A stretch of DNA of 64,000 nt from an uncultured Candidatus Actinomarina sp. Lineage in GTDB: Bacteria > Actinomycetota > Acidimicrobiia > Actinomarinales > Actinomarinaceae. Below, in pieces: positions 10,445 to 18,076 of the stretch (the stretch's first letter is position 1; each line of letters starts with the position of its first letter). The notes beneath the pieces are model-generated. The model was not told the DNA's origin, did no database searches, and saw only the letters and a program-made list of their open reading frames with translations. The stretch spans positions 34,778 to 98,777 of the forward strand of contig CACOKA010000001.1 of the NCBI GenBank assembly GCA_902627635.1, in the 5' to 3' direction. A program made the position numbers and the translations under genes.

Positions 10445-10924
10445 CTAGTTTTGTTCTAATGGAGGCTCAGGTCTAGTTGCAAGCCAAACACAAAGTGCTA
10501 CTCCAAACGAGCCAAAAATTAAATCACCAACTAAAGAAAAAACCAAAAATATAGTTATTGCAAATGTAGGAACAATCATAACTATGGCAAGTTTTTTTGC
10601 TCGCCTTGATAATCCTCGATAAGTTTTCCAATTTAAAATCATTGGACCAAACAATCGATGATTTTCTAGCCAATTCGTAAATCTATCTGAACATTTTGAA
10701 AATGCCCAAGCAGCAATAAGTATAAAAACTGTAGTAGGTAGGCCAGGAATTAGTATTCCAACATAACCTAAAGACAGAGACAAAATTCCTAAAGTAAAAA
10801 AGAAAGGCTTATGAATCTTTAAAAATATATTTGGAAAAAATCTATACAAAATAATCAATAAAAATATAGATGCACCAATGTACAAAAATAGGTTTCGAGG
10901 AATTTGTTGTAAAAAATTTTCCAT
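10445..10924 (-). CDS. ybaN: YbaN/DUF454 family membrane protein
   Basis: GILIPGLPTTVFILIAAWAFSKCS..F..WLENHRLFGP..NW pattern. Confidence 0.85.
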   Translation of the reverse strand: MENFLQQIPRNLFLYIGASIFLLIILYRFFPNIFLKIHKPFFFTLGILSLSLGYVGILIPGLPTTVFILIAAWAFSKCSDRFTNWLENHRLFGPMILNWKTYRGLSRRAKKLAIVMIVPTFAITIFLVFSLVGDLIFGSFGVALCVWLATRPEPPLEQN

Positions 10925-10964
10925 ATTTAATTATTCAATAAATCACAAATAATCATAAATTGTG

Positions 10965-11678
10965 TCAGCTTACAAATACCCTTTTTGCAATAAATTTATC
11001 AATCCCAAAATAATCACTTTTATTAGTACTAATTGTTATTGAATAATCTCCTGCATCTGCAACGACTACCTCTGTACCTGGAAGCATTTCATGAGTCTGT
11101 AGAAAATCTATCATTGAAGCATCTTTTTTTAATTCTTCGGTTATTTTCTCAATTGAGTATTTTTTATTTGATTCTACATTTAACAAATTTTCCATCTTTT
11201 TTTCTTGATAGTTTGAGTATGGTATTGGATTACCGAATGGACCTGTATTTGGATATCCAAGTAACTTAAGCATTGCTTTTTCTGTAACAGGGCTTAAAAC
11301 ATTTTCCCATCTTGAAGTTTCCTCGTAAACTTTGTCCCAAGGTAAATTTAAAACTTCTGAAAGAAATCTTTCGGTAATTCTATGCCTTCTTGAAATACAT
11401 TTTGCTAGGCATAAGCCAGTGTCGGTAAGCTCTAGACTATCATTTAATTTAATCAAACCACTATTTTGCATTCTCCCAACCACCTGGGAAACATTTGCTC
11501 TACTAACACCGATCCACTCGGCAACTCTTGTTTGTTTTATTTCAATTCCAACTTCTTGTAAGTGAAATATTGCTTCTGCATGGGTATAAAAAGACTTTGG
11601 AAATTTTTCAATTTCTTCATGACTTAAAATCAGCTCATCATTTGGGCTATTCGGTGAATTTAGTTCATCTATTTGCAT
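10965..11678 (-). CDS. DtxR/IdeR-family transcriptional regulator with C-terminal FeoA/SH3-like domain
   Basis: wHTH VAEWIGVSRANVSQVVGRM, RRHRITERFL, PFGNPIP; several canonical metal ligands are substituted. Confidence 0.9.
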   Translation of the reverse strand: MQIDELNSPNSPNDELILSHEEIEKFPKSFYTHAEAIFHLQEVGIEIKQTRVAEWIGVSRANVSQVVGRMQNSGLIKLNDSLELTDTGLCLAKCISRRHRITERFLSEVLNLPWDKVYEETSRWENVLSPVTEKAMLKLLGYPNTGPFGNPIPYSNYQEKKMENLLNVESNKKYSIEKITEELKKDASMIDFLQTHEMLPGTEVVVADAGDYSITISTNKSDYFGIDKFIAKRVFVS

Positions 11679-11688
11679 ATTGTAATTA

Positions 11689-11706
11689 TGTTAACAGGTA
11701 TTAACA
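11689..11706. promoter_or_regulatory. Candidate operator 1, TGTTAA-caggta-TTAACA
   Basis: 18-bp inverted repeat 11 bp upstream of the DtxR-like start codon; a second copy lies at 13099-13116. Confidence 0.75.
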
Positions 11707-11727
11707 TTTTAGCTATTTAAAGGGTTT

Positions 11728-11844
11728 CTAAAATATAGGACAGCCAACAACTGCAGTTAATGCTATAAAAGCTAGCCATATTAAGGGCTCAAATCTGGTA
11801 ATAATTTTTGGGTTATCTTCGATTTCTTTAATGTTGTTTTCCAT
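11728..11844 (-). CDS. Unannotated 38-aa membrane micro-protein ending in GCPIF
   Basis: Hand-translated MENNIKEIEDNPKIITRFEPLIWLAFIALTAVVGCPIF; TGnTAAGAT lies 7 nt before the ATG. Confidence 0.6.
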   Translation of the reverse strand: MENNIKEIEDNPKIITRFEPLIWLAFIALTAVVGCPIF

Positions 11845-11878
11845 TTCTTTTATCTTAACATTGTTGTAAAATAATTAT

Positions 11879-11983
11879 ATGGCTTGTCCCTTTGCATATG
11901 TATTAGTTGCCTTTATGTGGATTGTACGAAATGGTGGAAAACTTTTCCCGCGTGCATTAGTTAAGCAGTTTTCAAAGCTCTAA
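11879..11983 (+). CDS. Unannotated 34-aa micro-protein starting MACPF
   Basis: Hand-translated MACPFAYVLVAFMWIVRNGGKLFPRALVKQFSKL; TAAAAT lies 6 nt before the ATG; overlaps the hemH 3' end by 23 bp. Confidence 0.55.
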   Translation: MACPFAYVLVAFMWIVRNGGKLFPRALVKQFSKL

Positions 11984-13007
11984 CTTTAATTTTTTTTGCA
12001 TCTTCTACAATTGACACAAGCAGATCTATAGTCTCATTAGAATCATTCAAACAAGGTATATAAGTCATTTTTTCTCCACCTGAATCCATAAATGTTTTTC
12101 TTCCTCTAATGTCAATTTCTTCTAATGTTTCAAGACAATCAGATATAAAAGATGGACACAAAACACCAACGGATTTTGCTCCTTCTGAGGGTAAAACCTC
12201 TAGTCTTTTGTCTGTAAAAGGAGTCAACCATCCCGGCCCAATCCTTGATTGGTAGGCAATTTCCCATTCAGAAGTTTTTAATCCTAACTCTTTTGCAATC
12301 AAAATTGAAGACTGAACTGTGTGTGCTTTGTAACAATCTGCAGATCCAAGGCTTTCAACTTCGCAACAGTCATTACTTTCAAAACAGTGGGACCCTGTTT
12401 CATCTGTCTTTCTTGCCTGTCGCTTTGGTATACCGTGATAGCTAAATATTAATTTATCAAAATTATGCTCTAACAAATATTTTCTTACACCTTTGGATAT
12501 AGCTTTTATGTATTTCTCATTTTTATAAAAAGGTTTGATAAAATTTAATTCGGCCTCTGGAAAAACTTTATTAGCAAGTCTCTCTACTTCAACCTTCGTT
12601 GTGATTGTAGTTGCCATTGCATTATGAGGATATAATGGCACAACATATATTTTATTAAATCCATTTAGTTTCAAATTATTTAATGCTAATTCAATACTGG
12701 GATCTTCATATCTCATTGCAATCTCAACATGCCAACCAGTCTTTTTAATAAGTTTATTTTTAATGTTTAAGGTAGAAATAATTAAAGGAGACCCAGCATT
12801 TGTCCAAATTTGTTCATAAGCGTGAAGTGTTTGTTTTGGTCTAAAAGGAAGAATGAATAACTTAAGGATTAATTGCTGTAGAAATTTAGGAATATCAACA
12901 ACATAATCATCTGAAAGAAAAACATCTAAATACTTTCTTACGCTTTTTTTATCAAGTTTTTTTGGAGAACCTAAATTTACTAATAATACTGCTTCTTTTG
13001 ATTTCAT
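11961..13007 (-). CDS. hemH: Ferrochelatase with internal Cys-rich ([2Fe-2S]-type) insert
   Basis: LLVNLGSP, FSYHGIP, YQSRIG..WLTP, FISDCLETLEEI; C-x5-CC-x9-C insert. Confidence 0.95.
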   Translation of the reverse strand: MKSKEAVLLVNLGSPKKLDKKSVRKYLDVFLSDDYVVDIPKFLQQLILKLFILPFRPKQTLHAYEQIWTNAGSPLIISTLNIKNKLIKKTGWHVEIAMRYEDPSIELALNNLKLNGFNKIYVVPLYPHNAMATTITTKVEVERLANKVFPEAELNFIKPFYKNEKYIKAISKGVRKYLLEHNFDKLIFSYHGIPKRQARKTDETGSHCFESNDCCEVESLGSADCYKAHTVQSSILIAKELGLKTSEWEIAYQSRIGPGWLTPFTDKRLEVLPSEGAKSVGVLCPSFISDCLETLEEIDIRGRKTFMDSGGEKMTYIPCLNDSNETIDLLVSIVEDAKKIKVRALKTA

Positions 13008-13098
13008 AAGTAACTTAATAATTGTAACTTTTATATCTAAAAAACAATAATTAATAAACCAAAAAAAAATTTTTAAAATAATTCATATTAACTTTATT

Positions 13099-13116
13099 TG
13101 TTAACTACTATTAACA
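13099..13116. promoter_or_regulatory. Candidate operator 2, TGTTAA-ctacta-TTAACA
   Basis: Same arms and spacer length as 11689-11706; contains a TACTAT -10-like hexamer; 26 bp before the binding-protein start. Confidence 0.75.
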
Positions 13117-13142
13117 GTATACAAGCTAATAAAGGAATTAAA

Positions 13143-14258
13143 TTGAACAAAAAATTTATTGCTTTGATTTCTGTAATGCTTATGGTTTTTGCAGCATGTG
13201 CTTCCGAAGGTGAGCAAGGCGCACAAGGACCAGCAGGTGAAGCAGGTCCAGCAGGTCCTGCAGGTGAAGTTTCACAGGAAGCAATTGATGCTGCTGTTGA
13301 AGCTGCATTAGCTGAGCCTGAAGCAGAAGTTGGAGGAACACTTGTTATCTATAGTGGTAGAAAAGAAAGTTTAGTTGCTGATGTAATTGCAGCTTTTGAA
13401 GCTTCTTCTGGTGTAGATGTTGAGGTTAGATATGCAAAGAGTGCTGCCTTAGCAGGAACACTAGAGCTTGAAGGAGCAATTAGTCCAGCTGACGTATTTT
13501 TCTCACAAGATCCGGTAAGTCTTGGTGTAGTTGCCAAAGCAGGTTTATTTGATAGATTACCAGCTGACTTATTAGACAATGTTCCATCATGGGCTGTTGA
13601 TAGAAATGGTTTTTGGGTTGGTACATCAGGAAGGTCACGATCATTGGTTGTTGACACTAGAGATGTAACTGATGCAGAGATGCCAAGTGATATCTATGGT
13701 CTAGCAGATGAAAAGTTTAGAAATAGATTAGGGCTAGCACCAACAAACTCATCATTTATTGCAATGATTGCTTGCATGATTGAGTCTGATGGTGAAGAGA
13801 AAGTTCTAGAGTGGTTAACCGCTATTAATGGACTTGGATATACAGAATATCCAAAGAACTCTCCACAAGTTGCTGCGGCAGATGCTGGTGAGTTAGACAT
13901 TGGAATGATTAATCACTATTACACATTGAGGGTAGTTGCTGAAAATGGTGACAGTCCTGTTAAAAATGTGTACTTAGATGGTGGTTGTGGCGCTATGGTT
14001 ATGCCAGCAGGTGCAGGTGTTTTGGCTACAAGTCAAAACAAACCAGCTGCTTTAGCATTTATTGAGTTTTTACACTCAACAAGTGCTCAAGAGCATTTTA
14101 CTAATACTGTTTATGAGTTCCCTCTCGTTGCAGGTATAACACCAAACGCTTTACTTCCAGATATTGACAGTTTAAATTCTCCATCGAATTTGAACTGGTC
14201 AGCGCTATCACTTTGGCAGGAAAAAGCTGTCGAATTGATTGCGCAAGCAGGTTTCTAG
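13143..14258 (+). CDS. Fe(III) ABC transporter substrate-binding lipoprotein (FutA/FbpA-like) with collagen-like linker
   Basis: Lipobox FAAC, YSGRKE, SPADVF, INHYY iron-binding tyrosines; TTG at 13143 after AAAGGA preferred over 13098. Confidence 0.9.
   Translation: MNKKFIALISVMLMVFAACASEGEQGAQGPAGEAGPAGPAGEVSQEAIDAAVEAALAEPEAEVGGTLVIYSGRKESLVADVIAAFEASSGVDVEVRYAKSAALAGTLELEGAISPADVFFSQDPVSLGVVAKAGLFDRLPADLLDNVPSWAVDRNGFWVGTSGRSRSLVVDTRDVTDAEMPSDIYGLADEKFRNRLGLAPTNSSFIAMIACMIESDGEEKVLEWLTAINGLGYTEYPKNSPQVAAADAGELDIGMINHYYTLRVVAENGDSPVKNVYLDGGCGAMVMPAGAGVLATSQNKPAALAFIEFLHSTSAQEHFTNTVYEFPLVAGITPNALLPDIDSLNSPSNLNWSALSLWQEKAVELIAQAGF
13209..13271 (+). repeat. Seven Gly-X-Y triplets (GEQ GAQ GPA GEA GPA GPA GEV)
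   Basis: 9-bp periodic gcaggt/ccagca repeats directly after the lipidated Cys. Confidence 0.85.
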
Positions 14259-14297
14259 TCAGTCATTAAATTAACTAGTAAGCTCGAAACCGAATAG

Positions 14298-14337
14298 AAT
14301 TCTGGCCAGGGGTTTCTCTGGCCAGAATTTTTCTTTT
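14298..14337 (+). terminator. Intrinsic terminator or stabilising hairpin after the binding-protein gene
   Basis: aattctggccaggg-gttt-ctctggccagaatt, 14-bp stem followed by a T-rich tract. Confidence 0.85.
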
Positions 14338-14369
14338 AATAATTCAAAATCAAAGATATCCTTAATAAT

Positions 14370-15926
14370 GTGAAAATTCCTAAAAGTTTAATTTCAATAA
14401 ATTCATTTATATTGATAACTTTTTTAGCACCTGTAATTTATATGCTGTGGAGATTTATCAATTTCTCAAGATCTCTTGGAAGCTTTTTTCAATCTTGGGA
14501 CGTTTTTGGACTACTTTTTAATACAATTTCAGTATTCGTTGCCGTGGTGTTTTCAAGTCTTTTTATCGGATTATTGATATCCATTATTACTGTTAGGTTT
14601 GAATTTCCAGGATCAAAAATTATGTTCACTTTATGTGCACTTCCCTTAGTCATCCCTTCATATATAGGTGCTTTAACTTATATTTCTGCATTTTCTCCTA
14701 AGGGATTATTCGTTCAAATTTTTAGTAGTTTTGGATTAGATGAAATTAGGGGTATTGAGGGATTTCTTGGTAGCTGGCTTGTTTTGACATTATTTACCTA
14801 TCCATATGTTCAACTTATTTGTAGTAGTGCTTTAAGAAACTTGGACTCAACTGTTGAAGATGCAGCAAGATCATTAGGTGTAAACCAATTAAAAGTTTAT
14901 ACAAATGTTGTTATTCCAAGATTGAAAAAACCAATAATTTATTCTGGCCTGTTAGTTGGACTCTATGTAATTTCAGATTTTGGAGCAGTTTCTTTGATGA
15001 GATACTCCACTGTTACTAAAGCAATTTATGCGTATTATGAATTCAGCATTCTTGGGGATCCAGTAATCTTTTATTCAAGCCTTCTTATTGTCTTGGCTTT
15101 GATCATAAGTTTCGTACAAAGAGGTTCTGCAACCTCAAGATCTGCAAAAGTCTCAGGAACCCCAAGAATACCAAAAAAAATAACATTAGATAGAAACGGT
15201 AAAATAATAATTTATTCTTTCTTAGGGTTTGTAATCTTTCTTGGACTTGTAATACCAATATCAGTTTTAAGTTTTTGGTTATTTAGAGGTATTTATTATG
15301 GTAATGATGTTAGTTCATCGCTTCCAGGAATTTTTGGTTCTTTCTCAGCAGCCATTGTAACCTCTATATTTGCCATCATTATTTCAATGCCAATAGTCAT
15401 ATTAATTTCTCAATATAAATCAAGATTTGGGGATATACTCGAAAAACTTATGTTGTCTCTGTATGGTTTACCACATCTTGCTGTTGGAGTTTCAATATTA
15501 TTTATATCTGTGAAAATATTTCCAAGCGTATACCAAAGTTTTTTCGCACTTGTAATTTCATATTTGATTGTTTTTCTTCCTCAAGCGATTGGTGGGGGCC
15601 AAGCATCAATGGAACAAGTAAAGTCCTCATATATTGAAGCAAGTCTTGGTTTAGGTCAATCTAAAATCGATACATTCAGAAAAATTACATTTCCATTAAT
15701 TTATAGAGGCTTATTTGCAGGGGGAGCGCTTGTTTTTCTATCTACAATGAAAGAACTTCCACAAACTCTTTTATTAAGACCAACTGAATTTAACACAATG
15801 GCAGTTGATGTATGGTCTTTTGCATCAGAAGCATTATTTACCCAAGCTGCATTTTCTGCCTTTATATTGTTGGCAATAAGTGCAATCCCTACTTATATAT
15901 TAAGTACAAGGAATTTAACAGTTTAA
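14370..15926 (+). CDS. Fe(III) ABC transporter permease (FutB/FbpB-like)
   Basis: Two EAA loops (VEDAARSLG, YIEASLGLG), DFGAVSLMRY, MKELPQTLLLRP. Confidence 0.92.
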   Translation: MKIPKSLISINSFILITFLAPVIYMLWRFINFSRSLGSFFQSWDVFGLLFNTISVFVAVVFSSLFIGLLISIITVRFEFPGSKIMFTLCALPLVIPSYIGALTYISAFSPKGLFVQIFSSFGLDEIRGIEGFLGSWLVLTLFTYPYVQLICSSALRNLDSTVEDAARSLGVNQLKVYTNVVIPRLKKPIIYSGLLVGLYVISDFGAVSLMRYSTVTKAIYAYYEFSILGDPVIFYSSLLIVLALIISFVQRGSATSRSAKVSGTPRIPKKITLDRNGKIIIYSFLGFVIFLGLVIPISVLSFWLFRGIYYGNDVSSSLPGIFGSFSAAIVTSIFAIIISMPIVILISQYKSRFGDILEKLMLSLYGLPHLAVGVSILFISVKIFPSVYQSFFALVISYLIVFLPQAIGGGQASMEQVKSSYIEASLGLGQSKIDTFRKITFPLIYRGLFAGGALVFLSTMKELPQTLLLRPTEFNTMAVDVWSFASEALFTQAAFSAFILLAISAIPTYILSTRNLTV

Positions 15927-15928
15927 AA

Positions 15929-16954
15929 ATGGTTTTTGATAATTTAATTATAAGAGCAAGATCCCTTTCAAAATCTTATGGTACAGAAAATGTACTAACT
16001 GACTTTAATATTGACATTTGGTATGGATCAATATTTGGGATTTTAGGTGTTTCAGGCTCTGGTAAAACAACTGCATTGAGATTACTTGCTGGGTTTGAAA
16101 ATCCAGATAACGGAACAATTGAAATGCATAACAAAGTTATCTTTGATGAGAAAACAAACATTCCACCTGAAGAAAGAAAAATCGGTATGGTTTTTCAAGA
16201 TTATGCTTTATTTCCTCATTTAACAGTTGAAAAAAATATTGCTTTTGGTTTAAACAGAGAAGAAATAAAAAATGGAAGACTTGATGAAGTAATTAGTATG
16301 ACAAATTTAAATTCATACAGGAATAAATATCCACAAGATATCTCTGGAGGGCAACAACAAAGAGTAGCACTAGCAAGAGCCTTAGCCCCAAAGCCAGAGG
16401 TAATATTGTTGGACGAACCCTTCACAAGTCTAGATGCACAGATGGCAAGAGATCTTAGAGAAGAAGTAGTTTCTTTGCTCAGAGCAACAAAAACAACAGG
16501 AATTATAGTTACTCATGACCAGGAAGAAGCACTTTCAGTTTGTGATATTGTTAGTGTCCTCGAAAATGGAAAAGTAATTCAAAGTGCTACTCCGCAAGAA
16601 ATATACCTTAATCCAATAAGTCAAACTGTTGCAAACTCCGTAGGAGACCCAAATATCATAAAAGGAATTTCAACTAATGGTAGAGTTAAAACTTCTCTAG
16701 GTACCTTTAATTCAGCCTACGATGGAGAATTAGATGTATCAATAAGGCCAGAGTGTATAGAAGTAAATCTAGATTCTAAAGGTGATTATATTGTAAAAGA
16801 ATGTATTTTCTATGGTCATGATCAAGTTATCTCGTTTGAAAATAAAAATGGTGAGGTTTTCAGAGCAAGATCTTTGCCCTCAATGATTTTTGAACCAGGT
16901 GACAAAGTGTGTATTGATGTAACTGAAGTTACAACGTTTCCCTCAAAGAACTGA
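15929..16954 (+). CDS. Fe(III) ABC transporter ATP-binding protein (FutC/FbpC-like)
   Basis: GVSGSGKTT, VFQDYALFPHL, ISGGQQQRVALARAL; ATG at 15929. Confidence 0.92.
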   Translation: MVFDNLIIRARSLSKSYGTENVLTDFNIDIWYGSIFGILGVSGSGKTTALRLLAGFENPDNGTIEMHNKVIFDEKTNIPPEERKIGMVFQDYALFPHLTVEKNIAFGLNREEIKNGRLDEVISMTNLNSYRNKYPQDISGGQQQRVALARALAPKPEVILLDEPFTSLDAQMARDLREEVVSLLRATKTTGIIVTHDQEEALSVCDIVSVLENGKVIQSATPQEIYLNPISQTVANSVGDPNIIKGISTNGRVKTSLGTFNSAYDGELDVSIRPECIEVNLDSKGDYIVKECIFYGHDQVISFENKNGEVFRARSLPSMIFEPGDKVCIDVTEVTTFPSKN

Positions 16955-17164
16955 ATTAATTTCTGCAATTCTTCCCGCAATAATTTGAAGATTACTCTCA
17001 ATTTCAGCCAATCTTGCCTGAGCTCTTTTGTTTGAATTTTCAGATATAAACTCTCTTGAAGAAGATAGAGATTTAGAAATATCATTAATTTCATTGAGAA
17101 TTTTTTCAATTTCTTGGTAAATTTCTTGTTTATTCATATTTTGGTAGATGTTTGTAAATTCCAT
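16943..17164 (-). CDS. Small hypothetical coiled-coil protein
   Basis: Amphipathic helical-hairpin pattern; fills the gap between the ATPase and heliorhodopsin; start may be 17137. Confidence 0.6.
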   Translation of the reverse strand: MEFTNIYQNMNKQEIYQEIEKILNEINDISKSLSSSREFISENSNKRAQARLAEIESNLQIIAGRIAEINSVL

Positions 17165-17176
17165 ATTAATATGTGA

Positions 17177-18001
17177 GTGTCAAAGGGGGAAAATTTGATA
17201 TCTGAAAAAATCGGAAAACTTAGACGTTTTAACATCATCATGGGCTTCATGCATCTCATACAGGGTTCGGCATTGTTTTGGTTAGGAACTGTAGTCAATT
17301 CTGATTTTGTAGTCCCTATAACTCTTACACAACTAGTGGGCGAGGGTAGTCCAAATGACCCGTCATCATTTGCTCTAGTACCAAAACTTGAAATTTGGAG
17401 AGAGGTAACAAATTTTGGTCCAGCAGTAGCAACATTTTTATTAGCATCTGCAGTTGCACATTTTCTAATCTCAGGCCCTTTTTATGATAAATACAAAGAA
17501 GATCTTGGAAAAGGAATCAACAAGGTTCGTTGGATTGAATACTCAATAAGTGCATCGGTAATGATAGTTTTAATTGCACTGTTGGTAGGTATTTATGATA
17601 TCTGGGCATTACTAGGTATATTTTTTATGAATGCTGCAATGTGTTGGTTTGGATGGATGATGGAAGTCAACAATCAGTACACTGATAGAGTTGATTGGAC
17701 AAGCTATATCATGGGTTGTCTCGTTGGTGTTGCGCCATGGATTTTTATATTTATCAATTTAATTGGGGATGGTGTCGCAACAGACTCAAATCCACAAGGT
17801 GTACCGCAGTTTGTTGTTTGGATATTTGTAAGCATATTTCTATTCTTCAACACCTTTTCAATAAACATGGTCCTCCAATATAAAGGTGTAGGAAAATGGA
17901 AAGATTATCTTTATGGTGAGAGAGCATATATATGGCTTAGCTTATTAGCAAAGACAGCTCTTGCCTGGCAAGTATTTTTTGGAACTTACCAACCAAATTA
18001 A
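17177..18001 (+). CDS. heR: Heliorhodopsin
   Basis: LRRFN..MGFMHLIQ (TM1 His), RWIEYSISAS (counterion Glu), YIWLSLLAKTALAWQ (retinal Lys in SxxxK). Confidence 0.95.
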   Translation: MSKGENLISEKIGKLRRFNIIMGFMHLIQGSALFWLGTVVNSDFVVPITLTQLVGEGSPNDPSSFALVPKLEIWREVTNFGPAVATFLLASAVAHFLISGPFYDKYKEDLGKGINKVRWIEYSISASVMIVLIALLVGIYDIWALLGIFFMNAAMCWFGWMMEVNNQYTDRVDWTSYIMGCLVGVAPWIFIFINLIGDGVATDSNPQGVPQFVVWIFVSIFLFFNTFSINMVLQYKGVGKWKDYLYGERAYIWLSLLAKTALAWQVFFGTYQPN

Positions 18002-18007
18002 ATTACT

Positions 18008-18031
18008 TGATTTTTCTAAATAGAAAAATCA
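18008..18031. terminator. Inverted repeat between convergent genes (probable bidirectional terminator)
   Basis: tgatttttcta-aa-tagaaaaatca. Confidence 0.6.
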
Positions 18032-18076
18032 TGATTATTAAGACAAACATCATACCTATATAAGACAAAACCATAA

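Noticed and set aside
11849..11860. A third operator copy (ttaaca) between the two micro-ORFs
   Set aside because: Only a half-site; the matching arm at 6-bp spacing is absent.
18039..18069. Direct repeat taagacaaa twice, 22 bp apart, between heR and the phosphodiesterase gene
   Set aside because: Only two short AT-rich copies between convergent 3' ends; not CRISPR-like and plausibly chance.
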